A stretch of 64,000 bases of DNA from an uncultured virus (IMG/VR IMGVR_UViG_3300005265_000003) (Duplodnaviria > Heunggongvirae > Uroviricota > Caudoviricetes): IMG/VR virus record IMGVR_UViG_3300005265_000003; one strand, given 5' to 3'. The position numbers and the translations under genes were made by a program. Shown one piece after another: positions 47,570 through 56,800 of this stretch. Under the pieces are notes generated by a model, which worked only from the letters and a program-made list of their open reading frames with translations, did no database searches and was not told the origin of the DNA. Within the stretch, counting starts at the first letter, position 1, and the number at the start of each line of letters is the position of its first letter.

Positions 47570-47695
47570 TTCGTAAATAGCCTTGAGAGGCTCAGAAATG
47601 GACGTAGAGCGGAGTTTTAGTCTTTACGAATATTATTGGTCTCGTTTTCGAAAAACTCTTCTCTACGGGCGAATACGGGCTTCCTACGGGCAGTG
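47570..47695. repeat. Dispersed ~120-bp quasi-palindromic intergenic element, copy C (plus a partial right arm at about 47506-47545)
   Basis: GGCTCAGAAATGGACGTAGAGCGGAGTTTT...CTTTACGAAT..GTCTCG...AAAACTCTTCTCTACGGGC. Confidence 0.7.
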
Positions 47696-47929
47696 CAAGA
47701 TATGAAGACAGAACAGGCTAAAGTGAATAGAGGGGAAAAGGAAGGAAAGAACTAAGTGCCATATTCATAAACACACGCACACATCCAATCTGCTGTCTTA
47801 TGGGCTGATTTGGTCTTTGCGAATACAGTCCAATTTGACGCCTACACGTCCTATTTGATATTCATGAAGACCCATCCAATTTGACGTCTTTGGGTCTGAT
47901 TTGAATACGGCTCCAGTCGAAATAAAGGT

Positions 47930-47983
47930 TATATAAACCTATCGGAAAGGTTTAAATACCTTTGTTTCCGATAAGTTTATATA
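47930..47983. promoter_or_regulatory. Back-to-back divergent BRE-TATA promoters (one minus, two plus)
   Basis: Minus CGATAGGTTTATATA (47944-47930); plus GGAAAGGTTTAAATA (47944-47958) and CGATAAGTTTATATA (47969-47983). Confidence 0.75.
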
Positions 47984-48117
47984 GTTTTTTATGCATATAG
48001 GATCATAGATGTGTATCGGGTAATCCACCGTTAATGGCATGATTCCTAAAACGGTGGAAAGTAACCCGATATGGGTGAATCCCGATATGAAATACGCCCA
48101 TATGAAAAAACCATAAG

Positions 48118-48699
48118 GTGGTGGATATGGGTAAAAAGATAGAAGATATAGGTAGTTTTGAGGCTATTGATACACCAGAAATAACGGATACACCGATAGA
48201 CAAAAACGAAAGGATAGAGTTATACCAGAAATATCTACCAAATAAACCAACAGAAAATAACGGATTATCGAAAGTCTGTAAAGATATCATTCAAAATAGG
48301 TTAATAGGTACAAAAAGACTACACATGTGGCTTAAGAACAAAAATCCAGTTAATGCACAGATAATTATTCGTGAATTATTCCATATCTTTTCGTGGAGGC
48401 TCATTAAACACCATAAAACCAGAGATATCTACCACTACATACGGATAACAAATAAGTTGATATCTGAGGCAATAAGTCTTGGCTTTTCCGAGTTAGTCAA
48501 ATACATGAAAACGTGGCAACAAAAGATACTGCAGAAAAACCTAAAGGAAATAATACGCATAAGGCATGAATTCATCCAGAAATCGAAAAACCAGAAATCT
48601 GAAATCATGGATACACCGATAGATGGACCAGAAAAAGAAAAAGACAAAAATGAGATCATCGATCAAATAGTTAATCTACTCTTAAAACTCAAGGAGTAG
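48118..48699 (+). CDS. Hypothetical protein (A-rich gene in the control region)
   Basis: 193-aa ORF downstream of the plus-strand promoters; AGGTG RBS. Confidence 0.6.
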   Translation: MVDMGKKIEDIGSFEAIDTPEITDTPIDKNERIELYQKYLPNKPTENNGLSKVCKDIIQNRLIGTKRLHMWLKNKNPVNAQIIIRELFHIFSWRLIKHHKTRDIYHYIRITNKLISEAISLGFSELVKYMKTWQQKILQKNLKEIIRIRHEFIQKSKNQKSEIMDTPIDGPEKEKDKNEIIDQIVNLLLKLKE

Positions 48700-48704
48700 A
48701 TAGC

Positions 48705-48845
48705 ATGACAATAGAAGGGATATTCCTGAAAATTCAACAGTTAAGACAACAGATAAACCAGAATCCAACAATACCAGTAGATACGAAAAACCAGATTTCC
48801 GAGTATCTCTTAAAGATCGAAAACGAAATATCTTATCTTCTCTAA
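48705..48845 (+). CDS. Small hypothetical protein (MTIEGIFLKIQQLRQQ...)
   Basis: Read manually; AGGAG RBS; followed by a T tract. Confidence 0.5.
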   Translation: MTIEGIFLKIQQLRQQINQNPTIPVDTKNQISEYLLKIENEISYLL

Positions 48846-48866
48846 ACTTCTCTCTCTTTTTTTTTC
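48846..48866 (+). terminator. Archaeal oligo-T/pyrimidine terminator
   Basis: ACTTCTCTCTCTTTTTTTTTC immediately after the stop codon. Confidence 0.6.
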
Positions 48867-49000
48867 ATGAAAACATAAAGAAATCTTAATTTTTTATTTT
48901 CAGAGCCAAGACTTAGTCATCCATCAGAGCATTAACGAAATTTTCAATTGGTCCTATATAGGCGAATCCTAAGCCGGATAAGTCTAGATTTAGCCAAATT

Positions 49001-49015
49001 CGTAAGCTTTAAATA
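49001..49015 (+). promoter_or_regulatory. Candidate promoter of the packaging/structural operon
   Basis: CGTAAGCTTTAAATA (BRE-like plus TTTAAATA). Confidence 0.5.
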
Positions 49016-49141
49016 TGAGAAGTGCATTTATGATGACAATATATATAAATGGAGAGAGGTTTGTTAACACGCAGGGTGTGACGAAGCTAGGGTCGGGGCC
49101 CAGAGCTCTGGGTGGTGGGCTTTAAATTACATCGTGAGAAA

Positions 49142-49726
49142 ATGGCGAATATAAATAAGATTGTTAAATACGGCCTTGTAGATTTGGTTAAGCAACTCAA
49201 GAACGAAGGAATGAGTGACGGTGAAATAGCTCGGACTATCGCTGAACGGTATGGCGATAAATATCCAGAACTGAAAAACATCTCAAGAATGTCTGTCTCT
49301 AGATTCTTTGAAGCTTTGGCTCGAGAGGAACTCAAACAGAAACTTCAATCTGGTGCAACCGAAGACGAAATAATCGAGAAGATTTACCAGGAATTCCGCA
49401 GTAAAATGCTTGAGCTGATTAAAAAGATGGAAGAGCGAGATAAGCTTCTTGATGAGCTGCTTGAGGAAGCGAAAGAAAGGCATGATATTAAGAATTTTCT
49501 CAATTATCTCCGAGAGCAGCGTCAGAACATCGAACAGCTTAGAAAGAATTTAGTCTCTCTCGTCCAATATGCAGAACGTCAAATTAAGCCCATCATTCAG
49601 ATTGATATGCACAAGGAAGTGAAGATTAAGAATATGCTCCTGCTTTTCTCAAAAGAGTTGTGTCCTGAATGTAGAAGGCGTGTTGCAAATAAGATATTAG
49701 AGTTAGATGGCGAAGTCAGGATTTGA
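49142..49726 (+). CDS. Putative terminase small subunit (N-terminal HTH plus coiled coil)
   Basis: GMSDGEIARTI...ISRMSVSRF HTH-like segment; first gene of the packaging operon, upstream of TerL. Confidence 0.55.
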   Translation: MANINKIVKYGLVDLVKQLKNEGMSDGEIARTIAERYGDKYPELKNISRMSVSRFFEALAREELKQKLQSGATEDEIIEKIYQEFRSKMLELIKKMEERDKLLDELLEEAKERHDIKNFLNYLREQRQNIEQLRKNLVSLVQYAERQIKPIIQIDMHKEVKIKNMLLLFSKELCPECRRRVANKILELDGEVRI

Positions 49727-49910
49727 TCCGAAAATAACACTTAAAAAATTCCTTTACGGTTTAGGCTACACTCTCGGTATAACAGCTCTTGCCTACACTA
49801 TCGATTTTCTAGAGGTTACAGAATTCCCTCCAGAATATTCTCTATATACCGGCATACTGCTCTCTATACTCCTTGCTATCCAGAACTACCTCAAGCATAG
49901 AAATGACTGA
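49707..49910 (+). CDS. Small two-TM protein, holin-like
   Basis: 67 aa, two hydrophobic segments, basic C-terminus. Confidence 0.45.
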   Translation: MAKSGFDPKITLKKFLYGLGYTLGITALAYTIDFLEVTEFPPEYSLYTGILLSILLAIQNYLKHRND

Positions 49911-49963
49911 TTAGGCTTGCTATGTTTTGTGATGTTGTTTCGTAGAACAAGAGAGGTGAGTAT

Positions 49964-50071
49964 ATGGAGATTGATTGGGAGAGCATAATGGCAAAGTTCG
50001 GGGAGACAATCCTAGTAATCTTTGCGTTCATTGGCTTCATCAAAGTGATTGGACCGATATTCTCGGTCTAA
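49964..50071 (+). CDS. Small single-TM protein
   Basis: Read manually: MEIDWESIMAKFGETILVIFAFIGFIKVIGPIFSV; GAGGTGA RBS. Confidence 0.55.
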   Translation: MEIDWESIMAKFGETILVIFAFIGFIKVIGPIFSV

Positions 50072-50137
50072 TCTCGCTGCTACCACCAAAGCACCTCTCC
50101 GATGTCTGTATTTATGTTTTAACTTGCTGCTGAGGTC

Positions 50138-51517
50138 ATGAGTGGCATGCAGGTATACGACCGTTTACTTTATTACGCCAATGATCCCATCGCCTTCATG
50201 GAGGACATTCTCGGTTTAGAAATCAAGGATTTCCATAAAGAGTGGATAGAGCTGTTTGAAAAGCATAAATTTGTCGTATTGCTTGCTCCAAGAGGCTTCG
50301 GTAAGACAACCATTGTCGGTGGATACATTATTTGGCGAATAGTTCGTGACCCTGATATCCGTATTCTTATAGTCACCATCAATCAGAATAAGGCTAATGA
50401 AATGATGACCTTCATTCAGCATCACTTAGAAAAGAACGAGAAACTGATTGAGATATTTGGTGAACAGAAAGGAACAGGTGAATGGTCCCGTAATCAGCTT
50501 CGAGTTAAACGTCAGGGGATTAGCGGAGTGGCTCACAAAGAGCCAACTCTTGAGGTGCTGGGCGTAGAATCAAAAATGATATCGGGGCATTACGACCTTA
50601 TCGTCCTTGACGACATAACTGACCTGCAAAATAGCAGAACTGAACACCGAAGACGTGAATTGCAAGACTGGTATTCACATATATTGCTTCCAATGTTACT
50701 CCCGAACGGACAGATAATTGATATAGGAACACGCTTTCATCAAAATGACATCCACGGCTTTCTGATGTCTAAGCCCTCTTACGTATCTAAGGTCTACAAG
50801 GCCATCATCAATGAGAAAGAAAAGAAAGTGCTCTGGCCAGAACGCTTCCCTTATGAGAAGTTGGTCGAAATACGGGAACAGATAGGCAGAGCAGTCTTCG
50901 CTATGCAATTTCAAAATGAATTCATCTCCTCTGAAGATGCAGTCATTAAATACGATTGGTTACGGTTTTATGATGAAGCTCCGCAAGGACTTCGGCGTTT
51001 CATGGGAGTCGATATGAGTGCTGGTGACAGTAAAGGCGATTACTTCGTTATAGTGATTATCGGAATCAGCGAAAACGGGGATATCTATGTCTTGGATATG
51101 ATACGCACTCACGCAACTCTCTTTCGTCAATTCGACCTTATTAGGGAATTGGCTGAGAAATGGGAGCCTATCAAGATAGGCATTGAAGCTAATGCTATGC
51201 AAAAGTTATTCACAGACGAATTGATTCGGTCTACTACTCTACCTATCACTCCGATAAAATCATCAATTGATAAGATGTCCAGAGTCGAGCAGATGTCTGT
51301 ATTGTTTGAAACTGGCAGAGTGTACATTCCGAGTAGAGGCTTTGAGGTTCTGATTGATGAGCTACTTACTTTCCCTCGAGGCAAATATGATGATACGGTT
51401 GATGCTTTATCGTTTGCAATACTAGCATCTCGTCAATCATCCACATATAACTGGCGTGAGGCTCTTCAAATTATCTCCCTCAATAGAGGTCTCAGTCGAA
51501 AAGTTGTGAAAGTGTAA
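50138..51517 (+). CDS. terL: Terminase large subunit
   Basis: APRGFGKTT (Walker A), IVLDD (Walker B), IGTRF, nuclease MGVD and FPRGKYDDTVDALS. Confidence 0.95.
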   Translation: MSGMQVYDRLLYYANDPIAFMEDILGLEIKDFHKEWIELFEKHKFVVLLAPRGFGKTTIVGGYIIWRIVRDPDIRILIVTINQNKANEMMTFIQHHLEKNEKLIEIFGEQKGTGEWSRNQLRVKRQGISGVAHKEPTLEVLGVESKMISGHYDLIVLDDITDLQNSRTEHRRRELQDWYSHILLPMLLPNGQIIDIGTRFHQNDIHGFLMSKPSYVSKVYKAIINEKEKKVLWPERFPYEKLVEIREQIGRAVFAMQFQNEFISSEDAVIKYDWLRFYDEAPQGLRRFMGVDMSAGDSKGDYFVIVIIGISENGDIYVLDMIRTHATLFRQFDLIRELAEKWEPIKIGIEANAMQKLFTDELIRSTTLPITPIKSSIDKMSRVEQMSVLFETGRVYIPSRGFEVLIDELLTFPRGKYDDTVDALSFAILASRQSSTYNWREALQIISLNRGLSRKVVKV

Positions 51518-51528
51518 GGAGGGATGAT

Positions 51529-51780
51529 ATGGAGCAGATATTTGTAGGGAATAAGGACATAAGTCGTTATATAACTGCATGTCTCTCTGCTTTGCAGAAA
51601 AGCGGAGAAAATAAAGTGAAAATATCTGCAAGAGGCCGATATATCAAAAAAGCCGTGGACATAGAGGAGATAGTCAAACGCTATATGAAGAATCCAGTTG
51701 TTATGGTTACTTTAGGAAGCCAGAAAGTTAATGACAGGTTTGTCTCGACAATTGATATAATATTAGCTGAATCGGATTAG
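51529..51780 (+). CDS. albA: Alba DNA/RNA-binding chromatin protein
   Basis: IFVGNK..RY, ISARGRYIKKAVD and VSTIDIIL match the Alba signature. Confidence 0.88.
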   Translation: MEQIFVGNKDISRYITACLSALQKSGENKVKISARGRYIKKAVDIEEIVKRYMKNPVVMVTLGSQKVNDRFVSTIDIILAESD

Positions 51781-51781
51781 T

Positions 51782-53020
51782 ATGTTTAATAGATTGAAGA
51801 AGTTATTGGGATTGAGTTCCTACTTCCTTGACGATAAAGGTAGGCCAAGGACTGTCATAAAAACGGATGAAAGCGATTTGGGCTTTAGCATCTCCTCCAG
51901 TAAGAGGTCTCCACAATCGCTTAAAAATCTATGGTCGTATTACACTGGCGAGAGCACCATCTTTGCATCCATTAACTACACCGCATTCAACACGGTGATG
52001 AGTGGCTATGATATCCTCACCTCCAATGAGGAAATTAGGCTTCTGCTTGAGCAGTTTAGGCTTGATACCGACCTTGACTCGAAGCTGCTTGATTCAGTGA
52101 TATATTGTCTGGTCTTCGGTGATGCATTTATAGAGCGAATATTTAATAAGACCGAGGATAAGCTTCTTGACGTCAAAGTCGTTAACCCAATCACAATGGA
52201 GATTGCATATGACAAATACGGGAGAATAGAGGGCTATTATCAGGTCATCAACGGCCAGAAGGGTGATTTAATAGAGCCGAAGTATATTGCTCACTTTAGA
52301 TTCTTCCCTGACCCAGATACGCCATATGGCATCTCTATCATATCGCCCTCTATAGATACGCTTAAGCGAAAGGTCAGGACAGACAAAGCAATAGCTAATG
52401 CGATTATTAGGCATGGAACACCCAAATATGTCGTCTCTATTGGCTCCGATAAAATCAATGAACCTATACCTGATGCGGTGTTTGAGCAGATTAAACAGGA
52501 GCTAAGGAATATAACGGAGAAAAATGAGATTATCGTGCCTTGGACCATAAATGTCGAGACGATTGATGAGCGAGGCATATCTGGAGTCGAGGAATACTTC
52601 AACTATTTCCAGACACAGCTTATTGTAGGCTTGCTTTGTCCTGAAGAAGCTCTAGGTCTGGGTAGAGGCTCTACCGAGGCTACAGCTTACATTAAGGCCG
52701 TTATGTATGAGCGTATGATTAAATCATTCCAATTAAAGCTTGCATCATTCCTGGTTCGTGAAATATTTAAGCCGTTTCTCCAAGGATATGGCTACACCGA
52801 AGAGGACATGAAGGACTTACGAGTGGTCTTTAGAAGTGTTACTGATGAAGATGAGGCAATGAAAGCGAAATGGCTTGGAAATCTCCTTCGTGGTTATAAG
52901 AATGAATTGAAGCCATTCACGATTAATGAAATAAGGTCAATGTTTGGATTTCCGCCATTTACTGAAGAGCAGCTAAAGAAACTCAGGTCTGAATATAAGG
53001 AAATGCTAAATGCATCATAA
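51782..53020 (+). CDS. Portal protein
   Basis: LVFGDAFIE, IAHFRF...YGIS, LGLGRGSTEATA and TINEIRSMFGFPP; follows TerL. Confidence 0.9.
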   Translation: MFNRLKKLLGLSSYFLDDKGRPRTVIKTDESDLGFSISSSKRSPQSLKNLWSYYTGESTIFASINYTAFNTVMSGYDILTSNEEIRLLLEQFRLDTDLDSKLLDSVIYCLVFGDAFIERIFNKTEDKLLDVKVVNPITMEIAYDKYGRIEGYYQVINGQKGDLIEPKYIAHFRFFPDPDTPYGISIISPSIDTLKRKVRTDKAIANAIIRHGTPKYVVSIGSDKINEPIPDAVFEQIKQELRNITEKNEIIVPWTINVETIDERGISGVEEYFNYFQTQLIVGLLCPEEALGLGRGSTEATAYIKAVMYERMIKSFQLKLASFLVREIFKPFLQGYGYTEEDMKDLRVVFRSVTDEDEAMKAKWLGNLLRGYKNELKPFTINEIRSMFGFPPFTEEQLKKLRSEYKEMLNAS

Positions 53021-53492
53021 GCGGTTTGTGGATATAAATTTTAAATACGATAGCAAGACCGTATCAAAGGCTACAAACGCCAAAATCTATAAAGGTGTAG
53101 TCATCCTAACGCCGGGAAAGTATGCTGATTCCTTGACAAAGGACTATGTTCTTTACACACCCGAGGTTCTACGTAAATATGCCACTAACTGGTCTTCTAA
53201 TTATGTGAACATCGATCACTCTCAATCGGTGATTCATAGAGTTGGTTATATTGTCAATCCTCGATGGGAAGATGGTGCGGTAAAGGGTGACCTCTATATA
53301 TTTCCCTATACGACTGTAGCTCGTGACACGATTGCTCTCATTGATAATGGGATGGTTAACCACTTGTCATCTGAGATAATAACAACTGACCACTATGATT
53401 ATTTGAAAAAGTGCATTGTCGTGGATGACATTGAATTTTTCGGATGTGCAATCGTCACTAATCCGGCGTGTAAAGATGCTAGAATTAGATAA
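53010..53492 (+). CDS. Stand-alone prohead-protease-fold protein (Mu gpI/DUF2213-like)
   Basis: ILTPGKY, NIDH, LSSE and GCAIVTNPAC; located after the portal. Confidence 0.65.
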   Translation: MHHKRFVDINFKYDSKTVSKATNAKIYKGVVILTPGKYADSLTKDYVLYTPEVLRKYATNWSSNYVNIDHSQSVIHRVGYIVNPRWEDGAVKGDLYIFPYTTVARDTIALIDNGMVNHLSSEIITTDHYDYLKKCIVVDDIEFFGCAIVTNPACKDARIR

Positions 53493-53841
53493 ACTCTATG
53501 ACAGGCCATTCCTCGTTGATGGCTGTAAATTTTGTGAGATAATAAAATCCAAACGACCGCCAACCAAGTTATACTATCCTGAGCCTCATCGCATAGGTGA
53601 ACGAATGCTCATCATAATTGACTGTCCCTTCAATCATAAGCCTGTTGTGGTAGCATCCGAGCACATACCTGATGTTGATAAGACACGCTGGGGCTATATG
53701 CTCTATCATGCGAGGCGTTTGTTTGGTCAAGGAATATATCTCAAGATTGATAGGCGTTATGAGCCAGATCATTTCCATGCATACATCCAACATGGAGTGG
53801 TTGACCCTAAAAAGTTACCCGATTTGAGGAAGAGAATATGA
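53476..53841 (+). CDS. HIT-like nucleotide hydrolase/transferase
   Basis: N-terminal CKFCEI, EH, and C-terminal DHFHAY (variant HxHxH); likely start ATG 53476. Confidence 0.5.
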   Translation: MLELDKLYDRPFLVDGCKFCEIIKSKRPPTKLYYPEPHRIGERMLIIIDCPFNHKPVVVASEHIPDVDKTRWGYMLYHARRLFGQGIYLKIDRRYEPDHFHAYIQHGVVDPKKLPDLRKRI

Positions 53842-56800
53842 AGGTAATTTCTCTTGGGAGTTGGGCGTCATACGGATTGAAAGGCAAAAAACATTTCTCC
53901 CTTATATTAGAGCATAGAGGCAAGCGTGCTTGGATTGACCCAGCAGTTAAATATACAGAGCCTGTTGATTTTATTCTCTTATCCTCGCCTGATGAAGACC
54001 ATTGGCGCTACCTTCCCAAATATCTCGAGAAATATCCTGACACACCGATATACTCAACAAGAGCTGTGATTAGTCATATGCGTTTGCTTCTTCCGAAGGC
54101 AAATTGGAAGCGAACTGAGAAGCCAATTAAGTTAGGTGGCAAGTCCATTAAACTAATGGCAATTCCAAAGATGGTCGGCAAACCAGCAGTTGCTTTTAAA
54201 ATCGGCAGCGGTCGGAATGCTCTGGTTATAATTCCGGAATTTATTCGACTCGGTGATCAAGAGAAGGAATTGATGAAGGGCGCTATATGGATTATCGGCG
54301 TTGGTGAATATGAAAAGCCTCGAAGCGATGACCATAAAGCAACATTTAAAGACTTACTCGCTCTTGCGGAGGAACTAAAACCACAAAAGATTTACATCAC
54401 GAACTACAGGACATCCCTCCTCAAACATAAACAAGAGATATTAGAAGCCTTAAAGCCGTGGAAAGGCGAGTTCCTTAATGATGGTGATGAATTCGAAATT
54501 AAGGTTAAGGCAATCCGAAAGGCGGATGGCTTATACCTAGTTAAGCCTCATGCAGAGTTTATCTATAAAGGACTTAAGACCATGATTCTCAAATCAAGGA
54601 AATTTGATATGGCGAATAAGAAATACGTACTTTGCGACAATGAATATGCTTATGGCAATATTATTCTAGATGAGCCAATAATAATTCGTAGCTGGAAGGA
54701 ATTCTATCTTCATGCAAAGGAACATCTAATTTCTCCAGCAGAAGTTCGAAAGTGGAATTGGAATTTTCCTCTTTACGCATATCCCATAAAGTCATTTAGC
54801 CCATTTAGTAAAAAGAAAGCTCTTAAGTTGCCAAAGGGCATACAAACATTCGTAAATGATATCGAACAATATTACATAACCGAAAAGCTTCACCTCGATG
54901 AATTCAGAAGCGAAGGTGTTGATTATGACCTTGCTCATCCTAAAGAACGATGGAAAGAGCTTATAGCTGACCTCCGGTACTTAGGCAATTCAGCATATCC
55001 ACGATTAAAGGCTGGAAAGAAATGGGGTGATTGGAAGCTAACCGATGTATTGAAATACTTTGCTAAGATTATTGATACACTCCGTTCAATTTACTTTCCA
55101 CTGATTCCACCATTCGATGAGAAGCTTTATAAAGCTTATTACGGCAAAGACCCTAAGAAAGCAAAGGAGTCATCATTCTGGAAATGCTATAAAGAAGCAG
55201 AAAAGTACATGAAATCTAAACCACCAAAGACTATTGAGGAAGCTAAAGAGTGGGATGAGAAGCGTAAAGGTGTGATAAAGAAAGCGAAAATCAAACCTGG
55301 ATATTACTCAAAATCTAAGCCTTATTACAGAGGCTATTTCCAAGAATTAGCAGAAGAGCTTAAATCCATCGGTTGGGACAAAACCAAGGTATTAGTAGAC
55401 TGCAAGTGGGACGGATTAAGAATGACGATTGGGAAGGTCAATGGTAAAGGTTTCGCTTACGTCGACCCAGAGGATGTGAAGAAAAAGAGCCCGAATGTTT
55501 CCAACCGAATTCCGGCAATTATTAAGGAGATTGAAGAAAACTTTCCTGATAACACTGTATTAGACAGCGAATTCCTTGCACTCCATCCCAATGGTAAAGA
55601 AATGCTTCATCGCACTGTCGCTAACTCACTTCTCAATTCCAAAATATCTGGTGAGGAGTTAGAGCAATTCGCTATTATCGTAGTCTTTGATGTTATATTC
55701 TTTAAGGGACTAGATGTCCGTGACCAGCCACTACATGAGCGTCTGGAATATCTGTCACAACTAAAGCCAACTAAGCATATATGGATTGAGCGAGTATCCA
55801 AAACACTCTCTAAAAAAGCAGATGGTTATATCTGTGATGGAAGTGATGTAAAGACTATTCTAAAAGTCGCTGAAATCCTTGAGGAGAGCAAGAATGGCAG
55901 GCCTAAATTCTGTGCTGAAGGTATAATGATTAAGCGCCTTGACCATCCTTATGAAACGCCTCAAAATAAAGGCTGGATGAAGGTTAAATTCTATCACGAA
56001 CTTGACTTGAGAGTCCTTGGAAAGAAACTCGTCAAAGGTACGAAAGATGTCTATAACTACTATCTCGGATATGATACTCCAAGAGATTATGCCAAAGCTT
56101 ATCTCGATGTTGGTAAGAAGGCATGGTATGGTAAAGTTCATGTATACAAGAATGGCAAAATTCTAGCTGTAGGGAAGGACGCAAAGAACTATCTCGATGA
56201 TAAGAGTGTAACGCTTGTGACCCTTATGGGTAAATCCGATAATCACAAAGAAGAAGAGCCAGTCAAGGTCGGCGACATTATCAGAATTGCTGCTGAAGAG
56301 GTCCTTAAATTTGATAATCCGAAACATCCAGAATATCCTCGTTATTCGTTCTATATCGGCCGAGTTTTAGAGCCAGTCCCGGAGAAGAACGTTACAGACT
56401 CGATTGAGACAATAGACAAACTATCATCTTTCGAACCAATGCGAATTCCAGTTGATGTACTTAGACATTGGAAAGAGCATCCTGAGGAATTAAAGAGAGG
56501 TGTGTTGAAATCAAATGGCCATTATTTCTTTCCGGTCGATGATGACTATGATATGAAGCGGAAGGCCGAATCAAAGGATGATAAAATTCTGGTTGTTGAT
56601 ACAAATCTCGGACTTGAGCATGCACGTCGATTCGGATTAGATGGCTATGAAACATTCTTTGCTATAGCACACAGCCAACCTTATCCAAGAATTCAAGATG
56701 AAGTATGTGGGCTAGGATTTCCGGAGATAATCAAAATCTGGGATTGGGGTGAAGGCCTCGAAAAGGATGCAAGTTATGTAATCTTCACTGATTCCGGCTT

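Noticed and set aside
44700..49100. CRISPR or mini-CRISPR array in the repeat-rich control region
   Set aside because: The repeats are promoter boxes, hairpins or irregularly spaced imperfect copies; there is no run of identical repeats with even-length unique spacers
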